From IMG/VR virus record IMGVR_UViG_3300017938_000005: DNA of 20,840 bases. One strand, written 5' to 3'. This DNA comes from a virus. Its lineage: Duplodnaviria > Heunggongvirae > Uroviricota > Caudoviricetes. How positions within the stretch are numbered: the stretch's first letter is position 1; each line of letters opens with the position of its first letter. Shown here in pieces: positions 7,423-15,287 of this stretch. The notes under the pieces are model-generated. The model made no database searches. It was not told the origin of the DNA and saw nothing but the letters and a program-made list of their open reading frames with translations. Both the position numbers and the translations under genes were made by a program.

Positions 7423-7953
7423 TCAGAACGTTTGCGTCACGGCGTCGAGGTTCGGGTTCGGCGGGAACGCCATGCGTCGGACGGCAGCGTCGATGCAGGC
7501 TGCGATGCGGGGGTTCGGCGGCGAGGTCGTCACGGTCACACCGACGGCGTGGCCGTTCTGGACCGCGGCTTTGATCGTCACGCCCATGTCTTCCGGCGCG
7601 CCGCACGCGTTCAAGAACGCACCGCCGGCGAAAGGCCGCGCGAGCTGGTCGGCGGTGAGGTCGGGCACGTGGCCGCTGCTGGGGTCGTACTTCTGCGCGG
7701 CGTGCGACCACGCGTCCTCGAAGCTCGCTCCGGCCCCGGCGAAGAAGAGGCCCTCGTAGCCGACGAGGTGCCGCGTCTTCGGGCCCGCGAACTTGACGGC
7801 GCCACCCGCGAGGACCGCCCCACCCAAGAGAAACCAGAGGAGCTTCGACGACGATGACTCGTCTTCTTCGCTGAGGAATGCGGCACCGATCCCGAGACCG
7901 ACGACGCCGCCGAGGCCGGCAGAAATGAGCAGCTCCTTGTCGAGGAAGGCCAT
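7423..7953 (-). CDS. Membrane protein, paralog A: same anchor plus C-terminal AgmX/PglI-like (TonB-C-like) domain (176 aa)
   Basis: MAFLDKELLISAGLGG...HLVG, then PDLT..CGAP..VGVTVTTSPPNPRIAACIDAAVRRMAFP, a pattern I recognise from myxobacterial proteins. Confidence 0.8.
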   Translation of the reverse strand: MAFLDKELLISAGLGGVVGLGIGAAFLSEEDESSSSKLLWFLLGGAVLAGGAVKFAGPKTRHLVGYEGLFFAGAGASFEDAWSHAAQKYDPSSGHVPDLTADQLARPFAGGAFLNACGAPEDMGVTIKAAVQNGHAVGVTVTTSPPNPRIAACIDAAVRRMAFPPNPNLDAVTQTF

Positions 7954-7960
7954 AGGGGAA

Positions 7961-7989
7961 AGCTTATCAGCATCCCAAGATCATGGCGA
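7961..7989 (-). promoter_or_regulatory. Candidate extended -10 promoter, leaderless geometry
   Basis: TCGCCA-N17-TAAGCT with TGn extension, N7, ATG 7953; no SD. Confidence 0.55.
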
Positions 7990-8007
7990 GACGGGTACCG
8001 AGGTTCC

Positions 8008-8226
8008 TCAATCACCCCTGTTGGGCGTGTCGGGAGATTCGTCGCGGCACCACAAGATTGCGGGCTCGCCGTCCACGGCAAGCGGCCAGATGTGGACGCG
8101 TTCCAAGAGTTTCATGTCGCGTTCGTCGTGGGGGTTCACGAGTCTGTACGCTTCTTCCGCGGTCGCGGCGCGAACGACGTTCAGGCTGTAGCCCCAGCGT
8201 TCGTAGTCTTCGACGAGCCAGAGCAT
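8008..8226 (-). CDS. Hypothetical protein (72 aa)
   Basis: MLWLVEDYERW...; TGATG overlap with upstream gene. Confidence 0.7.
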   Translation of the reverse strand: MLWLVEDYERWGYSLNVVRAATAEEAYRLVNPHDERDMKLLERVHIWPLAVDGEPAILWCRDESPDTPNRGD

Positions 8227-8438
8227 CACATGTGCCTTCTGAAGTCTGGATCGACCGCCGCGAAGGCGGATCGGATCTCTTCTTGGACTTCCGCCCAATC
8301 TGCCATCGCTTTGTGCCAGTGCTCGAGCGTCTCTTCGTCGACTTCGCTGGAAGGTTGGCCTGACCACTCTTCTTTTTCCGACACGGAGAAGACGGGGTAG
8401 GCCTCGCGAACGTCGCAGTAGATCCTTTTCGTACCCAT
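8226..8438 (-). CDS. Small acidic hypothetical protein (70 aa)
   Basis: MGTKRIYCD...; 16 D/E of 70; ATG 7 nt after a -10 box. Confidence 0.75.
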   Translation of the reverse strand: MGTKRIYCDVREAYPVFSVSEKEEWSGQPSSEVDEETLEHWHKAMADWAEVQEEIRSAFAAVDPDFRRHM

Positions 8439-8445
8439 GCAGTTC

Positions 8446-8474
8446 AGTATGACATGCATCCCACGATACATCAA
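8446..8474 (-). promoter_or_regulatory. Candidate sigma70 promoter, leaderless geometry
   Basis: TTGATG-N17-CATACT with TGn extension, N7, ATG 8438; AT-rich island. Confidence 0.6.
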
Positions 8475-8507
8475 GTAACGTTATATGCTGACTGCTTCCT
8501 CACCCCT

Positions 8508-10043
8508 TCACCCTTTCACGGTGCAGAGCGGGAAGAGCTTCGCCACACGCTGCGCAACGTGCGCGTCCACGACAGAGTCGATGACGGGCTCGATGGGTTT
8601 ATAGGCGTAAGGCGCCTCCTCCATCATGCGCTTCTCGTATTTATCGAGAATGTCTTTCCTCATTCGCATCATCGGCGACTTCGGATCGACGGGCCCGACG
8701 ATGCGGAGGCGCTCCACGGATTCGAGGTACTCGGAGCGCGGAACATGTGCCGCTTTTCCGCGTGAGAGACTCCGGCCGGCGCCGTGACACGCGCTTGAGA
8801 GTGCTTCATCGTTCTCCTCGCCCGCGAGAAGGTAGCTCGGCGCGCCCATGGACCCCGGGATGATGACAGGCTTGCCGAGCCACTCGGAACCTTGGCCGTC
8901 GTCCGTTGGCCCGTGCGCCGGGGTTACGCCTTTGCGATGGAGGCACGACTCGTTGTCCTTGAAGACGAGGTTGTGGGGCGCGTCGTAAACGAGCCGCGCA
9001 TCGATACTGAGCCCTGTCGCCTCTTCGATGGCGCGAAGAGCCATGAGACCCAAAAAGAGCCGGTTCGCGAAGGCGAAGTTCGCAGCGTTCCCCATCCCGT
9101 CGAGATAGAAGAGTCCCTCTTCGCATCTCGGTCCTTCCGTCGGCAGTGGGAAGAAGCCGCCTTTCGGCGACGCGATGTCGCTCGGGAAGATCTCGCGCGC
9201 GCGATCCATAAAGTGCCCACCGACAGCGTGCCCGATCCCGACGGAGCCCGAGTGCACCATGATGGCGACGTTGCCGCGGACGAGGTTCCACGCGCGAGCC
9301 GCGTGGCCCTCGTAGAGCGCGTCGATGCGCTGGATCTCGACGAAGTGATTGCCGCCGCCGACGCATCCGATCTGCGGGTCGCGGCCGTCGATGTTGCCCG
9401 ACGAGCGGATGAAGTTCTCGAACCCGAAGAGTCTCCTTGTCGGAAGGATCCCGCCGCCGTGCACGTGGTGGACGTCATCCCGCTGCGACTTCGGATCGAA
9501 GCGCTGCCAGATCCCTCGCGTGAGATTGTCGTCCGACGTGTCCACAAGACCTGGTAGGCCATGACGGAGGACCGCTTCGCGCTGCCGCGGCGACATCGGG
9601 ATGTCGCGTTCGCCCTCGAAGAAGATCGCGCGGAGACGCTTCTGGATCGCGGGCCAGTGCGGCTCGAGGGACTCGGCCGGCAGATCGGTCGCGAGGAGCC
9701 GCATCCCGCAGCAGACGTCGTTGCCAATCGCTTGCGGGATGACGACGTTCTTTGCCTGAACCACCGTGCCGACGGGAATGCCCGAGCCTTTGTGAAAGTC
9801 CGGCGTGAGCACGACGCGTTCGATCGCGGGCGCGGCGTCGCCGAAGAACGGATCGCCGGCGCCGCGCGTGTCCCGCTCACGAACTTCTCGGATCGCGCGG
9901 GCCACGTCGGCGAACTCGATGAGCTGCTCGAATGCGTCGGCCTCCACGGAGACCGACTCGTTCGCGAAAAGCTTGATGTCGATGTCCGGATGAAGGACGC
10001 GCACGACCGAGGGCGTCTCGCGGTGAAGGAAGGGAAAGCTCAA
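8508..10043 (-). CDS. rtcB: RtcB family 3'-phosphate/2',3'-cyclic-phosphate RNA ligase (511 aa)
   Basis: PDFHKG, GIPVG, GNDVCCG, GGGNHF, HSGS, HN, HRKG, IPGSMG, HGAGR (guanylylated His motif), EEAP.AYK and terminal VKG all present; TTG start overlaps upstream TGA. Confidence 0.97.
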   Translation of the reverse strand: MSFPFLHRETPSVVRVLHPDIDIKLFANESVSVEADAFEQLIEFADVARAIREVRERDTRGAGDPFFGDAAPAIERVVLTPDFHKGSGIPVGTVVQAKNVVIPQAIGNDVCCGMRLLATDLPAESLEPHWPAIQKRLRAIFFEGERDIPMSPRQREAVLRHGLPGLVDTSDDNLTRGIWQRFDPKSQRDDVHHVHGGGILPTRRLFGFENFIRSSGNIDGRDPQIGCVGGGNHFVEIQRIDALYEGHAARAWNLVRGNVAIMVHSGSVGIGHAVGGHFMDRAREIFPSDIASPKGGFFPLPTEGPRCEEGLFYLDGMGNAANFAFANRLFLGLMALRAIEEATGLSIDARLVYDAPHNLVFKDNESCLHRKGVTPAHGPTDDGQGSEWLGKPVIIPGSMGAPSYLLAGEENDEALSSACHGAGRSLSRGKAAHVPRSEYLESVERLRIVGPVDPKSPMMRMRKDILDKYEKRMMEEAPYAYKPIEPVIDSVVDAHVAQRVAKLFPLCTVKG

Positions 10044-11230
10044 CGCGCGATCTCTTCACGCGCTCGCGCGAACGCTTTCTGAATTCCATCTACAGAGTGC
10101 TCGTAGAAGAGTTCGACCTTCGGGCCGTCGTCGCCGTGCCACACCGTGAGCTTGACGGGGCCTGTCTCTACGGCCCATTCGAGTTCGATCGTGGGGTTAC
10201 TGGACTCGAGAACGCCGGCCTCGTTGCGTTTTCGCTGGTAAATGCGGCGACCCCACCGGCGCTCTTTCTTCTTGAAGTCGGGACACCAAGTGTCGTGTGT
10301 GATGCCGTGCCAATCGTGTTCTTCGGGCTCATGGTCCGCGTCGCATGTGAGCCTGAACGCGTTCAGCTCGTTCATGTACGCGAGGTAGAGCGGGTCGCTC
10401 GCGCGGAAGGCGGCGACCTCGGCCTCGTATTTCTTGCGACCCTCTTCGCGCTCGTGGCGCGACTTCTTCTCGGCTTCCGAGACCCATTCGTCTTGCAAGA
10501 TGAGCCTCGGACCCACGCGTTTGAAAGTCTTGATCGCGCGGATCTCTGCCGGGTTCTTCTTCGCCTTCTCGCTCTTGTTGCTTTCGTCGTCCTTGTCGCT
10601 CTCGTCTTCGTCTTCGTCGTAATTCGCCGTCTGGAAAGTGCGAACGAAGGTCGGGCCAAGCGTTGCCAAATCAGGAGCGACGATCTCGGGCCACTTGCGA
10701 TCTTCCTCGACCCATTCGCGATCGTCTTTCTCGGCGCTCGGTCCGAACATCTCGAGTTCGGGCCATCCCGCCATCGGGTTCATGAAGTCGAAGACGCGGA
10801 ACTCGTACGGGCATGCCCAGTAGCAGCCGCACACGACGAGCAGCATGCTCTTCGGATCGAACCGGTGCTCGGACCAGCAGAACTCGATACCCTGCTCGGC
10901 CTCTTCGCCGAGGTGGTCGCGGCGCTTGCCGGTATCCAGCTCGACGACGGTCTGTCCTTGGTAATCCTCACCCGCGATGAGGAAGGCGTGTCCGTTCGGA
11001 TGATCTTCGATCCACGAGAACGGGAACGCCGAGTAATTGCGATCGACGACAGCGATGGGTTCATCCGAGCCGATCTTGAAGGCTTTGCCGCGCGTGTAGC
11101 TCCATCCGCCTTCGCGCGTCGAGAAGGACGACACGACGAGTTTGTATTTTCCCGACGGCGAGAGGTGTTCGCGCCGGCTCCCAGCGACCTCGTTCTCAGG
11201 GACGAAATATTTTTCTCGTTCGTCACTCAT
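10040..11230 (-). CDS. Hypothetical protein, beta-rich N-terminal domain (396 aa)
   Basis: TGATG overlap upstream and TTGA overlap into rtcB; motifs SPSGKY, RNYSAFP, GEDYQG, FCW, GCYWACPYE, GWPEL. Confidence 0.85.
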   Translation of the reverse strand: MSDEREKYFVPENEVAGSRREHLSPSGKYKLVVSSFSTREGGWSYTRGKAFKIGSDEPIAVVDRNYSAFPFSWIEDHPNGHAFLIAGEDYQGQTVVELDTGKRRDHLGEEAEQGIEFCWSEHRFDPKSMLLVVCGCYWACPYEFRVFDFMNPMAGWPELEMFGPSAEKDDREWVEEDRKWPEIVAPDLATLGPTFVRTFQTANYDEDEDESDKDDESNKSEKAKKNPAEIRAIKTFKRVGPRLILQDEWVSEAEKKSRHEREEGRKKYEAEVAAFRASDPLYLAYMNELNAFRLTCDADHEPEEHDWHGITHDTWCPDFKKKERRWGRRIYQRKRNEAGVLESSNPTIELEWAVETGPVKLTVWHGDDGPKVELFYEHSVDGIQKAFARAREEIAR

Positions 11231-11517
11231 CACTTCGCTCGCTTCTTTTCCATCGGCGGGAATTTGTAGACGATGCCGCAGCCCTCGCAGTGCCAATCCT
11301 GGACGTAGGCCTGGAGCGGCGGGCCACCGATTCTGTCTGAATGCGGGTAAGCGACGTTACCCACGACGCTGCCGCCGCAGACGCGGCATGTCCCTGGTTT
11401 CGGCGCGTGCTTTCCGCGGAGCGTGCGTTTGTCTTCACGATCCTTTTCGAGCTTGGCGATGCGCTCACGCATCTCGCCCGCACTCGGCAGCTTGCTCTGA
11501 TCCATCTTCGGGATCAC
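11230..11517 (-). CDS. Zinc-ribbon protein (95 aa)
   Basis: CRVC...CEGC; coupled at both ends. Confidence 0.75.
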   Translation of the reverse strand: MIPKMDQSKLPSAGEMRERIAKLEKDREDKRTLRGKHAPKPGTCRVCGGSVVGNVAYPHSDRIGGPPLQAYVQDWHCEGCGIVYKFPPMEKKRAK

Positions 11518-11714
11518 GACGCGGTCTCCGACTTCTTATCGAGTCGCCTGCGTCGCTTATTTGCGAGCCGCGTCCACGTCTTCCTGTTCCGGCGTCGAAT
11601 CTTCTCCGTGCGGCCGAACGTGTGGCGCTTGACGACGGCTTCCTTGATCTCGGGCGACTCGGCGCGGCCCTCGGGCATCCGCCGACTCTTCTCAGGGCGA
11701 ATGGACCGACTCAC
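11514..11714 (-). CDS. Small Arg/Lys-rich protein (66 aa)
   Basis: GTGA overlaps at both ends; RRRNRK..NKRRRR. Confidence 0.65.
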   Translation of the reverse strand: MSRSIRPEKSRRMPEGRAESPEIKEAVVKRHTFGRTEKIRRRNRKTWTRLANKRRRRLDKKSETAS

Positions 11715-12286
11715 GATCGCCCCAACTTCGCGAGCGTCTTCCACGCGATTTCGCCGAGGGTGTTCATCTCGTTGCTGCTCCAGACTTGATGCGGACGCAG
11801 GGGGTGTTCGAACGTCGTGGCGAAGCGGAAGAGCCCGTGCGGGTCGTCGTCACCCCAATGCTCATGGTCGCCCGACGCGACGAGGGTCGCCCGACGGAGG
11901 TAGTTCGTCGGACACGTGTTCTCCTCGTAGTAGAAGCGCTTCTGCTCGAGTTCTTCGTCGAGCTTCCGGTCCTTCTCGAACGAGAGCCCGGGAACGACGA
12001 GGCGGATGATCGTCTTGCCGGCGCCGGTGAGTTCGAGGATGTCCCAGTTGTGCCACGACCGCTGCGGCGCGGGGACGACGTCGAGGGTCCCGTGGCCCGG
12101 ACGGACGCGCACCATCCACGTCGCATCGCATTCGTCGCATTGCCACGGCCCGACCTCACGCTCGCCGGAAATTTCGTCTTCGAACAGGTGCTCGACCTCG
12201 AACTCGTGCTTACCGCACGACGGGCACGAGAAATACCTCTTCGTGCGGAGCTGCACGCGGAGCGGGGCGGAAGCTTCGACGCTCAC
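11711..12286 (-). CDS. Zinc-ribbon hypothetical protein (191 aa)
   Basis: GTGA overlap; CPSC..CDEC, then YYEENTCPTN..DPHG motif. Confidence 0.8.
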   Translation of the reverse strand: MSVEASAPLRVQLRTKRYFSCPSCGKHEFEVEHLFEDEISGEREVGPWQCDECDATWMVRVRPGHGTLDVVPAPQRSWHNWDILELTGAGKTIIRLVVPGLSFEKDRKLDEELEQKRFYYEENTCPTNYLRRATLVASGDHEHWGDDDPHGLFRFATTFEHPLRPHQVWSSNEMNTLGEIAWKTLAKLGRS

Positions 12287-12603
12287 ACTTCGTTCCTTCC
12301 AGCGATTGCGGCGAGTTCCGCGGCAGTGAACGTCGTTGCCTTCTTGAACCAATGCGCATGCATCTCCAAGAGAAACGCCGCGTCGGTCACCGGCAAACCC
12401 GAAGCATCGCCGATGAGCGCGTCGATGCCGCAATGCGGACAGAGGGCAGTGTTTTCACCCTCGACTTCTCGCACCCACTCTCGAACGTCGCTCGGTGCAC
12501 ACGTTTTTCGACAGTAGAAGCAACCGCAGACCGTAGACGCCATGACGTTTGGCTTGTTACGGAACGCTCGATCGTGCGCGCTTTGAAGCTCGTCTTCGGT
12601 CAC
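12283..12603 (-). CDS. Conserved small CGCFYC/CPxCGID zinc-binding protein (106 aa)
   Basis: CGCFYC..TALCPHCGIDALIG..M..HWF, a widespread uncharacterised family pattern; AAAGGA SD before the GTG. Confidence 0.85.
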   Translation of the reverse strand: MTEDELQSAHDRAFRNKPNVMASTVCGCFYCRKTCAPSDVREWVREVEGENTALCPHCGIDALIGDASGLPVTDAAFLLEMHAHWFKKATTFTAAELAAIAGRNEV

Positions 12604-12802
12604 GTTGCGGTCCTTTCAGCAACTCGGTCGACTCGGTCGACTCGGTCTCGCAGATCGAAAGCGCGCGGCTCGCGTGCCAACGGGCCTCGACGCACCGAGC
12701 GTTCTCCCCGATCCAGGCAAGTGCGTCCATCAAGATCCGCGCACGCTGTCGGTCGGTTTTTGGCGTCGGAAGATCGAGCGGGCTTTTTTCGGGATGTGGC
12801 AT
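12557..12802 (-). CDS. Hypothetical protein (81 aa)
   Basis: High third-position GC through the core; tail overlaps the next gene by 47 nt. Confidence 0.55.
   Translation of the reverse strand: MPHPEKSPLDLPTPKTDRQRARILMDALAWIGENARCVEARWHASRALSICETESTESTELLKGPQRDRRRASKRARSSVP
12622..12647. repeat. 9-bp tandem repeat ACTCGGTCG, about 2.9 copies
   Basis: Seen directly; in frame, encodes TES-TES-TE in 12557-12802. Confidence 0.8.
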
Positions 12803-12821
12803 CGACAAGCATCGACGTGGA

Positions 12822-13121
12822 TCACCCGGTTTTCTGACGAGGTCGGGCGTGTCCGTGGTTCGTCGGCACGTAGCCGGGCTCAGCCTTCATGGCGACGCAG
12901 TCGGGATGCGTGCAGTTGGCCACGTAGTCCCCGTGCTTCGGCTCGGGGTTCGCGAACGTCCGCACGCTCGTGACGACCTTGTCGAAGTAGCCACCTTCGA
13001 GGAGCCCCTGGAATTCGACGACGTCGCCATCGCCCAAGACGAAGCGCGCCTGGACGAGCGTGCCGCGTGAGAACTTCGCGCGGAGCGCCTTTATGGATTT
13101 CGGGAATCTCTCGTTCGTCAT
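12822..13121 (-). CDS. Hypothetical protein (99 aa)
   Basis: ATGA overlap upstream; protein-like composition. Confidence 0.75.
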   Translation of the reverse strand: MTNERFPKSIKALRAKFSRGTLVQARFVLGDGDVVEFQGLLEGGYFDKVVTSVRTFANPEPKHGDYVANCTHPDCVAMKAEPGYVPTNHGHARPRQKTG

Positions 13122-13324
13122 GATTTCCTCACGAGTTTGTATCGGTGGAGCTTGTGGTCGAATCGATCGTAGTCGCCGTTTTTGAACATCGGAAATTCAG
13201 GTTCGCCGGTTTCATTCGGATCGGCGAACCAGATGCACCATTCTTTTTCGTCGTTGTCCCAATAAAGATAGACGTGATCTGTCGGCGGCTCATCGTTCTC
13301 GAATTTTGTCAGCTCGTTGCTCAT
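13118..13324 (-). CDS. Small acidic/aromatic protein (68 aa)
   Basis: ATGA overlaps at both ends; 16 D/E; visibly lower GC. Confidence 0.75.
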   Translation of the reverse strand: MSNELTKFENDEPPTDHVYLYWDNDEKEWCIWFADPNETGEPEFPMFKNGDYDRFDHKLHRYKLVRKS

Positions 13325-13602
13325 GATTTTCCGATTCGGCGGAGCACGACCATCTTGGGAAAGCCGCTGCCGTCGTCGTTCGACACGTCGAAGATGACGT
13401 GGTCCGCCGTCTCGAGCGCCTCGAGCCGTTCCTCTGCGGTGCCTTCGTCACCGATGGCCTCGTAGAACTCGCCCGTGCCTCCCCGCGCCGCTGCATGACG
13501 GTCGGGCTCGTCGTCTGTCATCGCCTGGAGGATGCAGCGCTCGTAGCGGCCGTCCTCGAGCTTGTCGAAAAACACTTCGCCGACGTTCACGGTGATGGGC
13601 AT
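13321..13602 (-). CDS. Small acidic protein (93 aa)
   Basis: AGGA SD; about 21 D/E. Confidence 0.75.
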   Translation of the reverse strand: MPITVNVGEVFFDKLEDGRYERCILQAMTDDEPDRHAAARGGTGEFYEAIGDEGTAEERLEALETADHVIFDVSNDDGSGFPKMVVLRRIGKS

Positions 13603-13611
13603 TCGGTTTTC

Positions 13612-14046
13612 CTAATCGGGACGGGACTTCGATGGATCTTTGCCGAGCTTCTCGAGGAGTTTTTGCTTGAGCGCGTTGCCCCTCTCGATGTGGTCGAGGG
13701 TCTCGACGAGGTTGTCCCTCACGAAGCCGAGGGCACTGCCGGCCATCACGATGAAGACCACCTGTTCGAACAGCTCGAGGTCCTCCCAAGCGATGTGGGT
13801 CCACTCGGTCTGGCAGCGCATCTGGGCCGTGCGACAGATCTCTTCCTGCTTCGCACGTTCTTGTTGAACGATGATCTCGAATTCTTCGGGCTGATACGTC
13901 GAAGCGAAGTGCTCTCGGAGCTGCTTTTCCCAAGCTTCATCCGGCGGCACTGGCTTGTTCTCTACGTAGATCTGGAACTGCGCGTAGAGTTTCTGCGCGA
14001 GGGCGTTGACGACGTTGTCGGGAGCGCCTGGGAGTGGACGAGTCAC
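13612..14046 (-). CDS. Helical hypothetical protein (144 aa)
   Basis: GTGA overlap sets start at VTRPLP. Confidence 0.75.
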   Translation of the reverse strand: MTRPLPGAPDNVVNALAQKLYAQFQIYVENKPVPPDEAWEKQLREHFASTYQPEEFEIIVQQERAKQEEICRTAQMRCQTEWTHIAWEDLELFEQVVFIVMAGSALGFVRDNLVETLDHIERGNALKQKLLEKLGKDPSKSRPD

Positions 14047-14243
14047 GATTTTTCCCACACGTGTGCACCGCTCGCTTCGAGACTTTTGACGAGGCTCTCG
14101 AGCGACGGGTGTCCGGTGCCGATCGGCATGTCGCATCGGTAGACCTTCTCGTCGCGATCGAGGTCGTGCTCGATGACACGCAGGTGCCGCGCGAACCAAA
14201 GGTCGCCGTCGTAGACGAGGACGATGCGTTCTCCAGGCTTCAT
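14043..14243 (-). CDS. Hypothetical protein (66 aa)
   Basis: AAGGAG SD before MKPGERIVL. Confidence 0.7.
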   Translation of the reverse strand: MKPGERIVLVYDGDLWFARHLRVIEHDLDRDEKVYRCDMPIGTGHPSLESLVKSLEASGAHVWEKS

Positions 14244-14266
14244 GCGCGTTTGCTCCTTCACGCAGT

Positions 14267-14470
14267 TCACTTGTAGGTTCGCTTCGGTCGTCGTGACTTT
14301 GGTTTCGCGACGATGAGGCCTCGAACGCATTCGAGCGTGTCGTGCGGCTTGACGCTGACGATGGTCGCCGGTTCGGGAGGCGCGGTGTCCAGCATCCAGA
14401 AGTCGAACATCTCGTTGTACCAGTGCTTGCCGCATCGGCAGCGCGGCGCTGCTTCTTTGACAGTTGTCAT
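14267..14470 (-). CDS. Hypothetical protein (67 aa)
   Basis: GAGGAG SD; CRCGKH..H..C possible zinc site. Confidence 0.7.
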   Translation of the reverse strand: MTTVKEAAPRCRCGKHWYNEMFDFWMLDTAPPEPATIVSVKPHDTLECVRGLIVAKPKSRRPKRTYK

Positions 14471-14476
14471 TTCTCC

Positions 14477-14800
14477 TCACAGATCGTTCAGCGTCACGCC
14501 TGCGATGGGGCGTTTCTTTTTGCGTTCGGCGGCGAGCGCCTTGAGCAAGCCGTCGCACGCGACCTCCGCCGCACGCATCGCGCGCTCGCGCGAGCGCATG
14601 TAGCCCCGAGCTTGCGCGAACTGGACGGCCTTGTGGCCCATCCTCATGGAGGCGAGGCTCGCGCCTCGCTGCGTGTACTCGACGGGCGTCACGGTGTAGC
14701 GCCACCGCGGACCGTTCGCCGCGCGAGCGACGAGCAGGTAAAAACCATCGCGCAGGCGATGAAGCGACGTCGGCTCCCACTCGGTCGCGAGCCGCGTCAT
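14477..14800 (-). CDS. Hypothetical protein (107 aa)
   Basis: ATGA overlap; MTRLATEWEP start. Confidence 0.7.
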   Translation of the reverse strand: MTRLATEWEPTSLHRLRDGFYLLVARAANGPRWRYTVTPVEYTQRGASLASMRMGHKAVQFAQARGYMRSRERAMRAAEVACDGLLKALAAERKKKRPIAGVTLNDL

Positions 14801-15075
14801 CGGAAGCCCCCTGCCTTCACGCGGACATCGTGCTGGGCGACGAGCTGCCGCATCTCCTCGATCGCGTTGCAGTGCGCGACGTAGGCGATCCGGCCCGCGT
14901 TCGTCGTCTTCCATTTGCGTACCCAGCCGAACATCTCTCGCACCATGAAGATCAAACGTAGCGACGCGAGCTTCTCCACGTCGTCGCACGTGCCCCAGTA
15001 GTCGAGCCCGCGAGCCCTGTTCGCGATGCTGAGCAGTTCCCACTGGGAGGCGGTCAACTCGAGCACGGGCGTCAT
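14797..15075 (-). CDS. Hypothetical protein, possible degenerate winged helix (92 aa)
   Basis: LTASQWELL..L.SLRLI..WKTTNAGR pattern; ATGA overlaps at both ends. Confidence 0.7.
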   Translation of the reverse strand: MTPVLELTASQWELLSIANRARGLDYWGTCDDVEKLASLRLIFMVREMFGWVRKWKTTNAGRIAYVAHCNAIEEMRQLVAQHDVRVKAGGFR

Positions 15076-15287
15076 GGATCGCTCAGATCCTTCCAGAGCT
15101 TGAACATCCGGTCGCGAAGATCTTCGCGGACGCGGGCGCGAGCTGCGTAGGTCTCGAGGTCTGCGACGTGGGCGCTGACGTCCGCGACGTGCCGGATCAT
15201 CTGGATGGCTTGGATGATGACCTGGACGTCGTCGTCGCGGATGTCCTTGTCGAGCACGACGGTGAGGGCATGAACGCGGTCGGTCAT
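15072..15287 (-). CDS. Phage-type hypothetical protein (71 aa)
   Basis: MTDRVHALTVVL..D.RDDD..II.AI.MI pattern; ATGA overlaps. Confidence 0.8.
   Translation of the reverse strand: MTDRVHALTVVLDKDIRDDDVQVIIQAIQMIRHVADVSAHVADLETYAARARVREDLRDRMFKLWKDLSDP

Noticed and set aside
12600-12812. Alternative 70-aa ORF with a neat GTGA overlap into 12603
   Set aside because: Third-position GC and composition favour the overlapping 12557-12802 frame; not fully excluded.
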